Shown here: piece by piece, positions 62,041 through 64,000 of the stretch
Position numbering within the stretch: position 1 is the first letter of the stretch
How the letters are laid out: every line of letters starts with the position of its first letter
NCBI GenBank assembly: GCA_945897075.1
Contig: CAMDEX010000003.1
Span: 1,940 to 65,939, forward strand
DNA from: Litorilinea aerophila
GTDB taxonomy: Bacteria; Chloroflexota; Anaerolineae; Caldilineales; Caldilineaceae
DNA: 64,000 nt
Direction: 5' to 3'
Position numbers and translations under genes: made by a program
Notes under the pieces: model-generated
What the model was told of the DNA's origin: nothing
Seen by the model: the letters and a program-made list of their open reading frames with translations, nothing else
The model's database searches: none

Positions 62041-63018
62041 CTAACCGATATGGGGGTATAAAGCCGGCGCGTAACGCTCGATCTGGCCGCGCAGACGCAG
62101 GAGCGCCACATCTTTGGCTTTGGCTTCCAACAGTATATCAAAAGGACGCAAGGAGAGGGAAAGTGCCTGGCTGAGCAGATCGATAATGGGGAAAGGGTCG
62201 AGGAAATCGCTGTGCTGGTTGAGTAGGGGCGCTTGCATACGCACGCTGCCCGGCTGCCGCAGATAGCGGATTTCCGTGCGCGGGCTGCTGATGTGGATTT
62301 TGGGGCGCACATCCGCCGGCCAGGTGGCCAGGGCCAGACGCAGACCGTCAATGGAGGGGATGGCTTCCGGGTTCAGACAGCGGTGGTGCAGACTGTCGAA
62401 GACGACAGGCACGCCTGTGCGCCGGTGAATCCAGAGCGCATCAGAGAGGCTGTAGCGCCGGTCGTCGTGTTCCAATACCAGACGCCCCCGCACGGGCGCG
62501 GGGAGCTGCTCGCAGCCGCGCACAAAGCGCGCCCGCCCCGCCTCGCGGTTGTCGTGGATTCCGCCCACATGCACGACGATCACCCCGTCCTGCCCCAGAC
62601 CCATCCCGTCCAACAAAGCCGCGGCCATCTCCAACTCCCGGATCGAGCGGGCCAGCAGTGGCGCATCGGGGCTGTTGAGCTGGACAAAAAAGCCCGGGTG
62701 CAAAGTCAGGCGCAGCCGTTGTTGGCGGGCCAGATCACCCACCACAGCCAATTCCGTGGCGCATTCGTCCAACTGGCGGTGAAAGGCGGGCAGCTCTGGG
62801 TGGGTGAGATAGGGAGCCAACTGTCCGGCCAACCGGTAGAAGTGGATGGCCCGGCTCTCCAGATAGAGGAAAATATCGCGCAGATAGGCCAGGCTGACGC
62901 TCAGATGGGGCTGGTTCTGCCAGCGCCTACTGTCGTGCGAGGGCAGAGCGGGCGCGCCCAACACCTTGACGGGAAAGCCCAGACGCATAAGAGAGAGCGG
63001 AGGTGTGTCGCTGGTCAT
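62041..63018 (-). CDS. uvsE: UV damage endonuclease UvsE/UVDE
   Basis: Start refined to the ATG at 63018. MRLGFPVKVLG...SHDSRRWQN.PHLSVSL.YL..I..YL....I.FYRL...L.PY, LTLHPG.F..L.S. Confidence 0.9.
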   Translation of the reverse strand: MTSDTPPLSLMRLGFPVKVLGAPALPSHDSRRWQNQPHLSVSLAYLRDIFLYLESRAIHFYRLAGQLAPYLTHPELPAFHRQLDECATELAVVGDLARQQRLRLTLHPGFFVQLNSPDAPLLARSIRELEMAAALLDGMGLGQDGVIVVHVGGIHDNREAGRARFVRGCEQLPAPVRGRLVLEHDDRRYSLSDALWIHRRTGVPVVFDSLHHRCLNPEAIPSIDGLRLALATWPADVRPKIHISSPRTEIRYLRQPGSVRMQAPLLNQHSDFLDPFPIIDLLSQALSLSLRPFDILLEAKAKDVALLRLRGQIERYAPALYPHIG

Positions 63019-63116
63019 AATAGAACACGGATGACAGAATTGACGGATTTGCTTGTTGCTTGTTCCCATCGCTCCGCGTGGGAACACTCTGCGGACGCTC
63101 CGCGTCCCCTTTTCAT
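63019..63116. repeat. ~95-nt REP-like element, copy B (abuts the uvsE start codon), inverted relative to copy A
   Basis: aatagaacacggatgacagaattgacggatttgcttgtt(gcttgtt)cccatcgctccgcgtgggaacactctgcggacgctccgcgtcccctttt cat. Confidence 0.85.
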
Positions 63117-63135
63117 CCCTATCAGCCCCTCCAGG

Positions 63136-63927
63136 TTATATCGTCTGAATCGCCCAGGCCAGCACATCCAGACGGCGGGCGAAGTGCAGGAGGGGCGGGC
63201 TGTCTGGCAGAGAAATCCCCGCGGCCTGGGCCAGCCCATTGCGCTCAAATTCTGCTTCGGCCTTCTGCAGCGGCCAGGGCGCGTGGTGGATCTCCCCGCG
63301 GTAGATGCGCCCGCGTTTGTCCACGCTGTAGAGACAGTAGCGCTCGGTCAGCCAGGCTTCCAGCCTGCCCGGTAGCGCTGTATAGACCGGGCCAATCGGC
63401 GCGTAGCTGCCACGCAACTCGGCCGCCGGCGCGTCGCTGTGGGTGCGTCGGCTGGCGTAACGGATGCCATCGCCTTCGCTTTGACAAGTCATCTGCGCCC
63501 GCAAATAGGGCAGATGAAAAAACGCACGGGCAATCGCCACGGCAAGCGGGTTGGCCGCGTCCAGGCTGAAAAAGTAGACCCCCGGCTTGTCACCCACGCG
63601 TACATACGTGCGCACGTTCAGTTCGGGAAAGGCAGACAGTCCCGGCACGCTTGGAAAAAAGCGCGGGCGCACGCCGCTCATACGAAAGGGGGCGACGGCC
63701 ACCCACGCCTCCCCCTCCCACACATCCAGCGCCAGACCCGGCGGCAAGAGTGCGGCCATCTCTGCGGCGGGGATGGGCCAGTGGGCAAAGAGCAGGTCGT
63801 GCCAGACCTGCGCCATCACCCACGGCTGGCGGGGCAGCGGCCAGGGGCGGTGGTCTGTGTGGAGAAGGGGGTTGAGAACACGGATAGCAGAATTGACGGA
63901 TTTGTCCATTTGTAGTTTTGTTTGCAT
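63136..63927 (-). CDS. DUF2071-domain protein (YqjF-like)
   Basis: RPWPLPRQPWVMAQVWHDLLFAHWP...LNVRTYV...PGVYFFSLDA. Start uncertain (63927 or 63909), because the first codons overlap a repeat element. Confidence 0.75.
   Translation of the reverse strand: MQTKLQMDKSVNSAIRVLNPLLHTDHRPWPLPRQPWVMAQVWHDLLFAHWPIPAAEMAALLPPGLALDVWEGEAWVAVAPFRMSGVRPRFFPSVPGLSAFPELNVRTYVRVGDKPGVYFFSLDAANPLAVAIARAFFHLPYLRAQMTCQSEGDGIRYASRRTHSDAPAAELRGSYAPIGPVYTALPGRLEAWLTERYCLYSVDKRGRIYRGEIHHAPWPLQKAEAEFERNGLAQAAGISLPDSPPLLHFARRLDVLAWAIQTI
63874..63906. repeat. partial third copy of the same element
   Basis: gagaacacggatagcagaattgacggatttgtc. Confidence 0.6.
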
Positions 63928-64000
63928 GGAAATGACCGCGAATAGGGGGAGTAGGCGAATGATTGTCGTGTGGGGATGCGCCTGGACAATGCAAAGCGAC

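Noticed and set aside
1-64000. tRNA, rRNA, tmRNA, RNase P, transposase, integrase and phage genes.
   Set aside because: I recognised none by eye. This is a manual scan, so small RNA genes could have been missed; tRNAscan-SE or Infernal would settle it.

Overview
A 64-kb, visibly high-G+C bacterial chromosomal segment. I recognised no rRNA, tRNA, CRISPR array, transposase or integrase. I call about 50 intact protein genes plus several pseudogenes. Most are housekeeping: two tandem glnA paralogues, xpt, an ABC-F ATPase, coaE, dnaJ, nagB-nagA, a YacL-like PIN/TRAM protein, cysS, rlmB, fbp, a pterin dehydratase, hemC-hemB, uvsE and various oxidoreductases and hydrolases. Between them lie islets that look lower in G+C by eye: (i) a PKD/PLAT protein at the left edge, 1-3.3 kb; (ii) a decayed toxin-antitoxin/defence graveyard, 11.4-14.9 kb (Fic, truncated DUF234 ATPase, NYN cassette, chimeric permease pseudogene, PIN TA pair, broken MazEF, methylase remnant); (iii) a single-gene Fic islet, 36.8-38.3 kb; (iv) a HigBA islet, 47.4-48.5 kb. 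There are also two very large secreted multi-domain proteins (1102 aa and 1287 aa) and an AfsR/SARP-type STAND regulator. The most unusual signal is non-coding. At least 12 loci carry palindromic short tandem repeats, where microsatellite arms of 7-8 nt units face their reverse complement across a loop. They sit exactly at gene boundaries, and one copy is inserted in frame inside a molybdopterin oxidoreductase gene. Several other hairpin/REP-like repeat families are also present. The gene content and repeat style remind me of Chloroflexota, but that is only an impression. CDS coordinates follow the ORF track, with starts refined by eye. Coordinates of non-ORF features are hand-counted and may be off by 1-2 nt.
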